NCBI GenBank assembly: GCA_963676835.2
Contig: CAXXFF010000002.1
Location: 320,001 to 384,000 of the forward strand
Length of the DNA stretch: 64,000 nucleotides
From: Marispirochaeta sp.
GTDB taxonomy: Bacteria; Spirochaetota; Spirochaetia; JC444; Marispirochaetaceae
Reading direction: 5' to 3'
In this document: one piece after another, positions 9,929-17,836 of the stretch
Layout of the letters: each line of letters opens with the position of its first letter
Numbering within the stretch: the first letter of the stretch is position 1
Position numbers and translations under genes: made by a program
Notes under the pieces: model-generated
Database searches by the model: none
What the model saw: only the letters and a program-made list of their open reading frames with translations
Told to the model about the DNA's origin: nothing

Positions 9929-10900
9929 ATGGCGCGAAACTATAAAGATACGGGACTTACTGAACTCTTCCGGCACCCGGCGTTTATTAACTCATTGCTT
10001 ACCGAAATAGTTGCCGAACCATGGGTAAACCTTATTGACTTCAGTACCATGAAAATAGAAGACGGAGTTCACAAAGATATTGCAGAGCCTGCCCTGTTCA
10101 GCGACCTTATTGTCAGCTTTTCCTGTACAAAAAAGTCTGAGAACATAGGACTTTCCATTTATCTGCTGATAGAATTCCAGAGCAGCCCGGAACCGATGTC
10201 CTTGCGGCTTTTAGAATATCTTGCCCGGGTATACAGGAAACAAACCCATGGGAAAAATCGTTACAGCCCTCTTCACCCCGTGGTACCGATTGTAATCTAT
10301 AACGGAGAAAGACCATGGAAAGAGGATCCCTGCTTTATTAAGCGGTTTACCAATCTTCCAATGAGTCTTGTCCCATACATTCCGGATTTCCGCTATTTTC
10401 TGCTTGATGAAGGCAGATTTGATCCGATCCTGCTTTCACAGCTTAAAGGGGCGGCTGCCGCTTTTATTCAACTTGATACAATTTCTGAACCTGAAAAAGT
10501 GGATGAGGCATCAGCAACAATTATTTCCATATTACATCAGCTGTGGAAAAGAGAACCCGAAGCAGCCACACTACTGTCAAAATACATAGAAGGACTGCTT
10601 GCCCACCGAGGAATTGATAGCCCCGCTGTGACTGAGTATATTAATGGACGGAGGAGACCGATGTTTGCAGAAAGACTTGACCGTGCCCTAGATAATAAAT
10701 GGAAGGAAGGCGTTCTTGAGGGCGCTATCCAAGAGAAGCAGATGGTCTTACTGAGACTTCTCTCCCGCAAGTTTGAGATAAGCGATGCTGATCGGATTAT
10801 AGTTAATTCCTGTAAAAATCCGGATAAGCTGGATGCGGCGCTGGATGTTATTCTGTTTGCGTCTGAGAAAAGTGATGTAATAAACGAGATCGATCAGTAG
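9929..10900 (+). CDS. Rpn-family recombination-promoting nuclease / putative transposase (PD-(D/E)XK), copy 1
   Basis: SDLIV..YLLIEFQS, MSLRLLEY, PVVPIVIYNGERPW and YIPDFRY motifs; helical C-terminus LLRLLSRKF (DUF4351-like). Confidence 0.9.
   Translation: MARNYKDTGLTELFRHPAFINSLLTEIVAEPWVNLIDFSTMKIEDGVHKDIAEPALFSDLIVSFSCTKKSENIGLSIYLLIEFQSSPEPMSLRLLEYLARVYRKQTHGKNRYSPLHPVVPIVIYNGERPWKEDPCFIKRFTNLPMSLVPYIPDFRYFLLDEGRFDPILLSQLKGAAAAFIQLDTISEPEKVDEASATIISILHQLWKREPEAATLLSKYIEGLLAHRGIDSPAVTEYINGRRRPMFAERLDRALDNKWKEGVLEGAIQEKQMVLLRLLSRKFEISDADRIIVNSCKNPDKLDAALDVILFASEKSDVINEIDQ
10661..10900 (+). CDS. Putative in-frame internal product (RpnS-like, 79 aa) of Rpn copy 1
   Basis: GGAGG at 10650-10654, 6 nt before an in-frame ATG (codon 245, MFAERLD). 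Confidence 0.65.
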   Translation: MFAERLDRALDNKWKEGVLEGAIQEKQMVLLRLLSRKFEISDADRIIVNSCKNPDKLDAALDVILFASEKSDVINEIDQ

Positions 10901-10975
10901 TCCTTTCCAACCCCTTTTTCAAAATTCCTTGAAGCAGCAGCTCAGTTTCCCGGTTACTATTACCGGAGGCTGCCA

Positions 10976-11971
10976 ATGGCGCGAAACTATAAAGATACGG
11001 GACTTACTGAACTCTTCCGGCACCCGGCGTTTATAAACTCATTACTTACCGAGATAGTTGCTGAACCATGGGTAAACCTTATTGACTTCAGTACCATGAA
11101 GGTAGAAGACGGAGTCCATAAAGATATTGGCCAACCAGCACTCTTCAGCGACCTTATTGTAAGCTTTTCCTGTACAAAAAAGTCTGAGAACATAGGACTT
11201 TCCATTTATCTGCTGATAGAATTCCAGAGCAACCCGGAACCGATGTCCTTGCGACTGCTGGAATATCTAGCCCGGGTATACAGGAAACAAACCCAGGGGA
11301 AAAAGCACTATAATCCTCTGCATCCTGTGGTTCCGATTGTAATCTATAACGGTGAAAGGCCATGGAAAGAGGATCCCTGCTTTATTATGCGATTTACCAA
11401 TCTTCCAATGAGTCTTGTCCCATACATCCCGGATTTCCGCTATTTTCTGCTTGATGAAGGCAGGTTCGACCCGATACTGCTTTCACAGCTTAAAGGTGCA
11501 ACAGCAGCCTTTATTCAACTGGATACTCTCACTGAACCTGAAAAAGCTGACAAGGTATCAGCAAAAATTATAACTATATTACATCAGCTGTGGACAAGAG
11601 AACCCGACGCAGCCAGGCTGCTGTCCAAATACATAGAAGGTCTGCTGGCCCACAGGGGAATTGATAACCCTGCTGTCACTGAGTATATTAATGAACGGAG
11701 GAGACCGATGTTTGCAGAAAGACTTGACCGTGCCCTGGATAATAAATGGAAGGAAGGCCGTAAACAAGGAAAAGAGGAAGGAGTCCTCGAGGGTGCCATT
11801 CAAGACAAACAGACTATCTTAATGAGACAACTCTCCCGCAAGTTTGAGGTAAATAACGCCGATCAGGAACTGGTTAACTCCTGCAAAGATCCGGATAAGC
11901 TGGATGCAGCGCTGGATGTTATTCTGTTTGCGTCTGATAAAGGCGATGTTTTGAGGGAGCTGGAAAATTAG
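10976..11971 (+). CDS. Rpn-family nuclease, copy 2 (tandem paralog)
   Basis: Near-identical N-terminal domain to copy 1; extra RKQGKEEG and a more divergent C-terminus. Confidence 0.9.
   Translation: MARNYKDTGLTELFRHPAFINSLLTEIVAEPWVNLIDFSTMKVEDGVHKDIGQPALFSDLIVSFSCTKKSENIGLSIYLLIEFQSNPEPMSLRLLEYLARVYRKQTQGKKHYNPLHPVVPIVIYNGERPWKEDPCFIMRFTNLPMSLVPYIPDFRYFLLDEGRFDPILLSQLKGATAAFIQLDTLTEPEKADKVSAKIITILHQLWTREPDAARLLSKYIEGLLAHRGIDNPAVTEYINERRRPMFAERLDRALDNKWKEGRKQGKEEGVLEGAIQDKQTILMRQLSRKFEVNNADQELVNSCKDPDKLDAALDVILFASDKGDVLRELEN
11708..11971 (+). CDS. Putative in-frame internal product (RpnS-like, 87 aa) of Rpn copy 2
   Basis: GGAGG at 11697-11701 before in-frame ATG 11708. Confidence 0.65.
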   Translation: MFAERLDRALDNKWKEGRKQGKEEGVLEGAIQDKQTILMRQLSRKFEVNNADQELVNSCKDPDKLDAALDVILFASDKGDVLRELEN

Positions 11972-12141
11972 TAGCTGGATTTTCCAAAATCCATAAATTT
12001 TCAAATTTTGTTCGTTATCTTAGATTATACTTTTGTTTAAAAATTTTTTTCTACCTCCTTCCGGCATCTTGAGACCATTTACATAGAATCATTCCATCTA
12101 AGACTACCCATGTTTGGAGTTAGACTATTGAAGAGATACAT

Positions 12142-12447
12142 ATGGAACTTGGTTCTAAAGAATTACAGTAAATTGGCGATTATATTCGTCTGCATATCCC
12201 CGAATGGTTTCCAGCGGTTAATACCGACCGGCAGATTAACCTGGTGGAACGAATCGTTCGCGTTGAGGAAGAGCTTAAGTCTCAGTGTGAGCTGATGATT
12301 CAGGGCTTTAATTCGATAGACAAACGCCTGGCAAGTAATGAAAAGCGATTCACGGATATGAATAACCGTTTTAACAGCCTTCAATGGACTATAGGTCTTG
12401 GTTTTACCCTCATGGCAGGGTTGATGGCGGTTTTTAATTTCTTTTGA
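12142..12447 (+). pseudogene. Coiled-coil/TM heptad-repeat family gene, copy P2, interrupted by TAA at 12169-12171
   Basis: Reads MELGSKELQ*IGDYIRLH...MAVFNFF; the first ATG seen in P1 is ATT here and the RBS is eroded. Confidence 0.85.
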
Positions 12448-12529
12448 GACAATCAGATCTTTTTATCCAACAATCTATTGAAGATTTAAAGCAAACGAAT
12501 TAATAGAATTAAAGAATTCATTCACTTTT

Positions 12530-12565
12530 TCTATTCTCCCTCCTTTTCCGGGAAAGGAGAATAGA
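12530..12565. terminator. Hairpin between convergent genes
   Basis: TCTATTCTCC...GGAGAATAGA inverted repeat. Confidence 0.55.
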
Positions 12566-12582
12566 CGGAGACATAGAATTGA

Positions 12583-13167
12583 TTAAAGCTTTGTAAAAGG
12601 AAATTTAAACTCGTAGACGTCTGGTTTGAACTCCCCGCCGAAAAGAGGAAGATACAAAGTCATCTCTCCATATTTTGGAACATTTGCAAAAAATACAGCA
12701 TAACCACGTTTAAGCCCCCCTGCTGGGATTAAGACATCCCGGGGAAGAGTATACTTGTCTATAATGTCTTCCATACGAGCTCGTTCTGCACTCTTAATAT
12801 CACCAGGATTATTGCGCCAGTAATTTTTAATCTGAAAAGCATTCTTTGTAGAACTAAAACTTGCACCCATATGCAACTCAAGATCTGGAAGCTCAAAAGT
12901 CGCAGCCTTATCGGTCTTATTCTTGATAATTATTTCAAATACAACATACTCGCGAGGTTCAAGAAAACTGGAATCCACAACAAAAGGGCTGGATACACGA
13001 CCACTCTGGCGTTCTAAATCCGCCTCAGTAACGACACTCACCTGGATATTATATTTTTCATCCTGAGCTATCTGTTTTGGTGTCTCATACACTGGAGGAA
13101 CGGATGTGACACATCCGAATAGAAGAGTTACAACAAGTATTGTTATAGAAAAAATACGCATCGTCAT
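12583..13167 (-). CDS. Putative lipoprotein
   Basis: Hydrophobic leader ending in an LLFGC lipobox. Confidence 0.75.
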   Translation of the reverse strand: MTMRIFSITILVVTLLFGCVTSVPPVYETPKQIAQDEKYNIQVSVVTEADLERQSGRVSSPFVVDSSFLEPREYVVFEIIIKNKTDKAATFELPDLELHMGASFSSTKNAFQIKNYWRNNPGDIKSAERARMEDIIDKYTLPRDVLIPAGGLKRGYAVFFANVPKYGEMTLYLPLFGGEFKPDVYEFKFPFTKL

Positions 13168-13194
13168 GCCCTTACTTTAACTAGTATTAGACTA

Positions 13195-13230
13195 AAAGAA
13201 AAGGGCTACCCGAAAAAACGGATAGCCCTT
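13195..13230 (-). terminator. Rho-independent terminator of the porin-like gene
   Basis: Minus strand AAGGGCTATCCG-loop-CGGGTAGCCCTT followed by TTCTTTT. Confidence 0.8.
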
Positions 13231-13258
13231 ATAAATGTGTTGTTAAGTACTCAGCAAC

Positions 13259-14320
13259 TTAGAAGTCGCAGGTAACAACCATGTAGATACCGCCTTCCAT
13301 GGCACCAGCAGCACCATTAGCGTTGCTTGACCAGCCAGCGTCGGTCATGTAACCGAGGCGGTACTGAGCAGCACCGATATTTACATAGGCAGAAGCATCA
13401 AGTCCTTCGGAAGAAGATGAATCCATGTTGTATTTGAAATCGATGTCTGCACCGAAATCGCCATAACCGAGGCTTACACCACCACCAAGGATGTTCATTG
13501 TAACATCATCATTTCCGGAGAAAGATACAGATGCATCAACAGAAGTCATGTCATCGATATCCATGGCATAAAGTGCACCCGCACCAAAAGCCATCTTGTC
13601 ACCATCAGTATCAGCTTCGGTGTCAGTAGAGAAAGAACCACCTACAGTAAGACCAGCCATTGTATAAGAGGCATCTGCCGCGATTATAGTAGACTTTGCA
13701 ACATCGTTAGCAGTACCAGTAGGAGCAAGGTTTTCATTTGTCAGCTTTGCGCCTGCCTCAAAAGAGAGACCTTCAACCAGAGAAGTAGATCCAACAAGGA
13801 AAAGCATCTGAGGAGTATGCATAGCAACAGAACCAGTTGAATCAGTAAGATCATCAACCATGAAGTTCATATTAGACGCTACAGAAGCCCATATGGAACC
13901 GAAATCAAGGTTTACATCCAGAACTGCATCAGACGTCATAGCACCGATGTAACCGGCAGAAGCCTGATTTGCATTTCCGAAGTCAGAGTATTCCTCACCT
14001 TCGGGTCCCTGAATACCAGAAACAAGCTCAACACCTACACCAGACAGTCCAAGGTACGCACCAAGGTCGGTAGTAAGCTTGAAGCCATCCCAAGCAATAT
14101 CATTAGCGGCTGTAGCTTTGTAATCAAACTCAGTTGACATGCTGTTGTATTCATCGATATCTACAGCAATACCAAGTTCCAGCTCATCAAACCCTGCTGA
14201 ATAGTTGTCATCAAAATTGCTGGTCCAACCGAAGTCAGTGTCCCAAGAGAAGCTCCAGTCTGCCGCGAAAGCGGTAGTTGCAAGAGCAAGTGCAACAAAA
14301 AGGACGATAAGTTTTTTCAT
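13259..14320 (-). CDS. Probable major outer-membrane beta-barrel/porin-like protein
   Basis: SPI signal peptide (AFA), acidic Gly/aromatic strands, terminal Phe (YMVVTCDF), strong promoter/RBS and its own terminator. Confidence 0.7.
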   Translation of the reverse strand: MKKLIVLFVALALATTAFAADWSFSWDTDFGWTSNFDDNYSAGFDELELGIAVDIDEYNSMSTEFDYKATAANDIAWDGFKLTTDLGAYLGLSGVGVELVSGIQGPEGEEYSDFGNANQASAGYIGAMTSDAVLDVNLDFGSIWASVASNMNFMVDDLTDSTGSVAMHTPQMLFLVGSTSLVEGLSFEAGAKLTNENLAPTGTANDVAKSTIIAADASYTMAGLTVGGSFSTDTEADTDGDKMAFGAGALYAMDIDDMTSVDASVSFSGNDDVTMNILGGGVSLGYGDFGADIDFKYNMDSSSSEGLDASAYVNIGAAQYRLGYMTDAGWSSNANGAAGAMEGGIYMVVTCDF

Positions 14321-14398
14321 AATTGTCCTTCCTCCATCGTGTTTTAGGGCGCTATGTACACGACATAACGGTTATCCCTTAAGTTAATTATTGGAGTT

Positions 14399-14427
14399 AG
14401 TATAGCAACCGCCATATTGGCTGTCAA
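14399..14427 (-). promoter_or_regulatory. Near-consensus sigma70 promoter of the porin-like gene
   Basis: Minus strand TTGACA-17 nt-TATACT. Confidence 0.8.
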
Positions 14428-14679
14428 GAAAAATTACGTTTTTACAGAAAATGCACGGTTAGAAATAAATTAAATAAATATCCTTCTAGTAACTATTTAT
14501 ATATTCTTTTTTGACCGCTCAACCGGTACTTACCGGGGTAAAAGTGCGCAAAAAGGTAAAAAACACATTAACAAAATAAAGTAATTAGACATTTAAAATA
14601 TATTAGACCTGATTATTTTTCTTTATTTATTCAGTATTAATTGCGAAAAAAAAATAAGTACTATACATTTATAGACTGC

Positions 14680-15633
14680 ATGAATAATTCCGGGGTCGAA
14701 AAAAAAATAATCGGTGACTGGTCATTAATCACTTCTCAGGCCGGAGATTTATATTCCGCCCAGGATTTTTTCGCCTTTAAAGCGGAATTTTTAAAAAAGG
14801 AACTGGACGAATTAAAGTCCGATGTTGAGTTTGGAATAATAGAATTCAAGCAGTCGGTCCTGCAGGATACCTTCTCTTTTATAGAGTCACTAAAATACGA
14901 TTCAAAAGATTTTTCCCGGATCGGCCACCAGGCATTACGGCTAAGTTATCTTGTATATTTAAATTTAATTCAGAAATATATCTGCACCGGCTCTATACGA
15001 ATTCGCAAAAATGCAGCCATAAAAGAGACTGTTAAAGAAGAACCAAATTCCCATGCAGCAGTTGACCTGAAAACGGTTATTGCCGAGGTTTCACGGCTTA
15101 TAGGAGAAAAACCCGAATTAAAGGGCAACACCTATATAAAGAACATATTAATGCAGGTTCAGATCTATAAAAAAGAACTAGCCGAAACCCAGCGGATTGC
15201 AGCCAAAATGCCCAGAGAAAAAGCTGTAGGCCTTATAAATAACTTTAAAACCCGAATTGCAGAAATAAGCGATAGTGTTTCCGATAACTTCAACAAACTT
15301 CAGCAGGAAATAAACCCTGCCCCGGAAAAAGCCGCCGAAGGCCTTATTTCCTATAACCTTAGACCTCTTGCACCTCTATTTGATGCTCAGGCAAAAAGTG
15401 CCTCCATGCTGGCAAGCCGCTTCCACCTGGTAAGCGACGAACACTACGGAGCCAGGGATGTACTGCTGCCCATGCTGGAGAAAAAAGATGCTTTTTTGGG
15501 GCAGATAGACAAGGAAATGGCAGCCTATGCCCAGCTGGAACCCTTTGACGGGGGAAAGCGCAAAGCCTCCATGGAATTTACCCGGGAAATTATCCGCATA
15601 TTGAGCCGTGAAGCTGAGGATGCTTACCGGTAG
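14680..15633 (+). CDS. Hypothetical helical protein
   Basis: Long ORF (330 aa from TTG 14641; ATG at 14680 preferred); no family recognised. Confidence 0.7.
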   Translation: MNNSGVEKKIIGDWSLITSQAGDLYSAQDFFAFKAEFLKKELDELKSDVEFGIIEFKQSVLQDTFSFIESLKYDSKDFSRIGHQALRLSYLVYLNLIQKYICTGSIRIRKNAAIKETVKEEPNSHAAVDLKTVIAEVSRLIGEKPELKGNTYIKNILMQVQIYKKELAETQRIAAKMPREKAVGLINNFKTRIAEISDSVSDNFNKLQQEINPAPEKAAEGLISYNLRPLAPLFDAQAKSASMLASRFHLVSDEHYGARDVLLPMLEKKDAFLGQIDKEMAAYAQLEPFDGGKRKASMEFTREIIRILSREAEDAYR

Positions 15634-15656
15634 AGCCGGATTTACCGCATATTTAT

Positions 15657-15745
15657 TCTCACAGAGCTCACGGAGAGCACAGAGAATAGGTAATTATTAT
15701 CTTATAACCTTAATACACTCAGTTTCAAACTCTGTGCCCTCCGAG
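15657..15745. repeat. CACAGAG/CTCTGTG inverted repeat (REP/MITE-like)
   Basis: TCTCACAGAGCTCACGGAGAGCACAGAG (15657-15684) pairs with CTCTGTGCCCTCCG (15730-15743) and matches 25/28 the reverse complement of 17718-17745. Confidence 0.7.
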
Positions 15746-15850
15746 TCCCTGAAAGCGGTTTTCTTGTTACCATATGAAGCAAACCGCCTGATTCAGGGTT
15801 TCTCTTTATAGAGAGTATAGAGATCCATACAAAAAAGAGGTATTATAAAA

Positions 15851-16216
15851 ATGGGAGATGCACAAATGAACCTTGGCCCGGAGGAATTGCAAAAAATCGG
15901 CGATTATGTACGCCTTCATCTAAGCGAATGGCTTCCACGCCCTACAACAACTGAGAGGGAAATCAACCTTGTCGAACGAATAGTTCGGGTAGAAGAAGAG
16001 TTGAAATCCCAGCGGGATCTGATGATTCAGGGCTTTAAAGCTGTGGATAAGCGCTTTGAAGACGTAAATAAGCGATTTGAGGACGTGGACAAGCGCTTTG
16101 CGAGTATAGACAAACGCTTCGAGGACATGAACTCCCGCTTTACCAGCCTCCAGTGGACCATCGGCCTCGGGTTTACCCTCATTGTCGGCCTTATGGCTGT
16201 TTTCAACTTTTACTGA
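15851..16216 (+). CDS. Coiled-coil, C-terminally membrane-anchored protein, copy A (5 heptads)
   Basis: 121 aa; DKRFEDV-type heptads and hydrophobic tail WTIGLGFTLIVGLMAVFNFY; GAGG RBS. Confidence 0.9.
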   Translation: MGDAQMNLGPEELQKIGDYVRLHLSEWLPRPTTTEREINLVERIVRVEEELKSQRDLMIQGFKAVDKRFEDVNKRFEDVDKRFASIDKRFEDMNSRFTSLQWTIGLGFTLIVGLMAVFNFY

Positions 16217-16360
16217 AAACGTTCCTGCCAAACTCTATCTTCAATCTCTGTGGTGCCCTCTGTAAGTATTTTTCTTACTGCCCATGAAGCAAACTGCCTC
16301 ATCCACAGTTTCAGCTTATAGAGAGTATAGAGATCCATACAAAAAAGAGGTATTATTAAA

Positions 16361-16702
16361 ATGGGAGATGCACAAATGAATCTTGGGCCGGAAGAGCTGC
16401 AGAAAATTGGGGATTATGTCCGCCTTCACTTAATCGAATGGATACCAAGAACCAGTACAGAACGGGAATTAAACCTGGTTGAGCGCATTGTCCGGGTGGA
16501 GGAAGAGCTCAAATCCCAGCGGGAACTGATGATTCAGGGGTTTCAGGCTGTGGATAAGCGCTTTGAAGATGTAAATAAGCGTTTCGAAAGCATAGACAAA
16601 CGCTTCGAGGACATGAACTCCCGTTTTACCAGTCTCCAATGGACAATCGGCCTCGGGTTTACCCTCATTGTCGGCCTTATGGCGGTTTTCAACTTTTACT
16701 GA
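16361..16702 (+). CDS. Coiled-coil/TM protein, copy B (4 heptads)
   Basis: 113-aa paralog of copy A. Confidence 0.9.
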   Translation: MGDAQMNLGPEELQKIGDYVRLHLIEWIPRTSTERELNLVERIVRVEEELKSQRELMIQGFQAVDKRFEDVNKRFESIDKRFEDMNSRFTSLQWTIGLGFTLIVGLMAVFNFY

Positions 16703-16843
16703 AAACGTTCCTGCCAAACTCTATCCTCAATTTCCGTGCCCTCTGTAAGTTATTTTCTTACTGCAGATGAAGCAAACTACCTCATCCACAGTTTCTCTCT
16801 ATATATGGTATAGAGATCCATACAAAAAAGAGGTATTATAAAA

Positions 16844-17125
16844 ATGGGAGATGTACAAATGAACCTTGGCCCGGAGGAACTGCAGAAAATCGGCGATTAT
16901 GTCCGCCTTCATCTTACCGAATGGCTTCCACGCCCTACAACAACCGAGAGGGAAATTAATCTGGTTGAACGCATAGTCCGGGTAGAAGAAGAGCTGAAAT
17001 CCCAGCGGGAGCTTATGAAACAGGGCTTTGAAGCTGTGGACAAGCGCTTTGTGAGCCAACAATGGATGATGGGTCTGGGATTCACTATCATCGCAGCATT
17101 AATGGCAGTTTTCAACTTCTACTAA
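16844..17125 (+). CDS. Coiled-coil/TM protein, copy C (1 heptad)
   Basis: 93-aa paralog of copy A. Confidence 0.9.
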   Translation: MGDVQMNLGPEELQKIGDYVRLHLTEWLPRPTTTEREINLVERIVRVEEELKSQRELMKQGFEAVDKRFVSQQWMMGLGFTIIAALMAVFNFY

Positions 17126-17284
17126 AAACTCACCAGCCAAACTCTATCCTCAATCTCTGTGCCCTAAGCTTACCGTGTTCTTCGTGAGAGAATTTCCTTA
17201 CTGCCGATGAAGCAAACCGCCTGATTCAGGGTTTCTCCTTATAGAGAAGTATAGAGATCAATACAAAAAAGAGGTATTATAAAC

Positions 17285-17689
17285 ATGGGAGATCTTCAAA
17301 TGAATCTTGGACCGGAAGAACTGCAGAAAATAGGTGACTATGTACGGCTCCACCTGGCGGACTGGCTTCCCAGAACAACTACCGAGCGGGAAATCAACCT
17401 TGTCGAACGCATTGTCAGAGTAGAGGAAGAGCTCAAATCCCAGCGGGAACTGATGATTCAGGGTTTTCAGTCTATGGAAAAGCGTTTTGAGGACATTGAT
17501 AAGCGTTTCGAAGATGTTAATAAACGCTTTGAAGATGTAGACAAACGTTTTCAGAGTGTGGACAAGCGTTTCGAAAGTATTGATAAACGCTTTGAAGATA
17601 TGAACTCCCGCTTTACCAGCCTCCAATGGACAATCGGTCTTGGTTTTACCCTCATTGTTGGCCTGATGGCGGTCTTCAACTTCTACTAA
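17285..17689 (+). CDS. Coiled-coil/TM protein, copy D (7 heptads)
   Basis: 134-aa paralog of copy A. Confidence 0.9.
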   Translation: MGDLQMNLGPEELQKIGDYVRLHLADWLPRTTTEREINLVERIVRVEEELKSQRELMIQGFQSMEKRFEDIDKRFEDVNKRFEDVDKRFQSVDKRFESIDKRFEDMNSRFTSLQWTIGLGFTLIVGLMAVFNFY

Positions 17690-17836
17690 AAACTTTCCCC
17701 TAAGCTCACTCCTCAAACTCTGTGCCCTCCGTGGACTCTGTGAGAGATTTTTTACTGCTATGAAGCAAACAGCCTCATCCACAGTTTCCCGGTATAGAGA
17801 GTATAGAGATCAATACAAAAAAGAGGTATTATAATC

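Noticed and set aside
9929..11971. Rpn genes as IS elements
   Set aside because: No terminal inverted repeats or target duplications seen; the family is a PD-(D/E)XK nuclease, not a demonstrated transposase.
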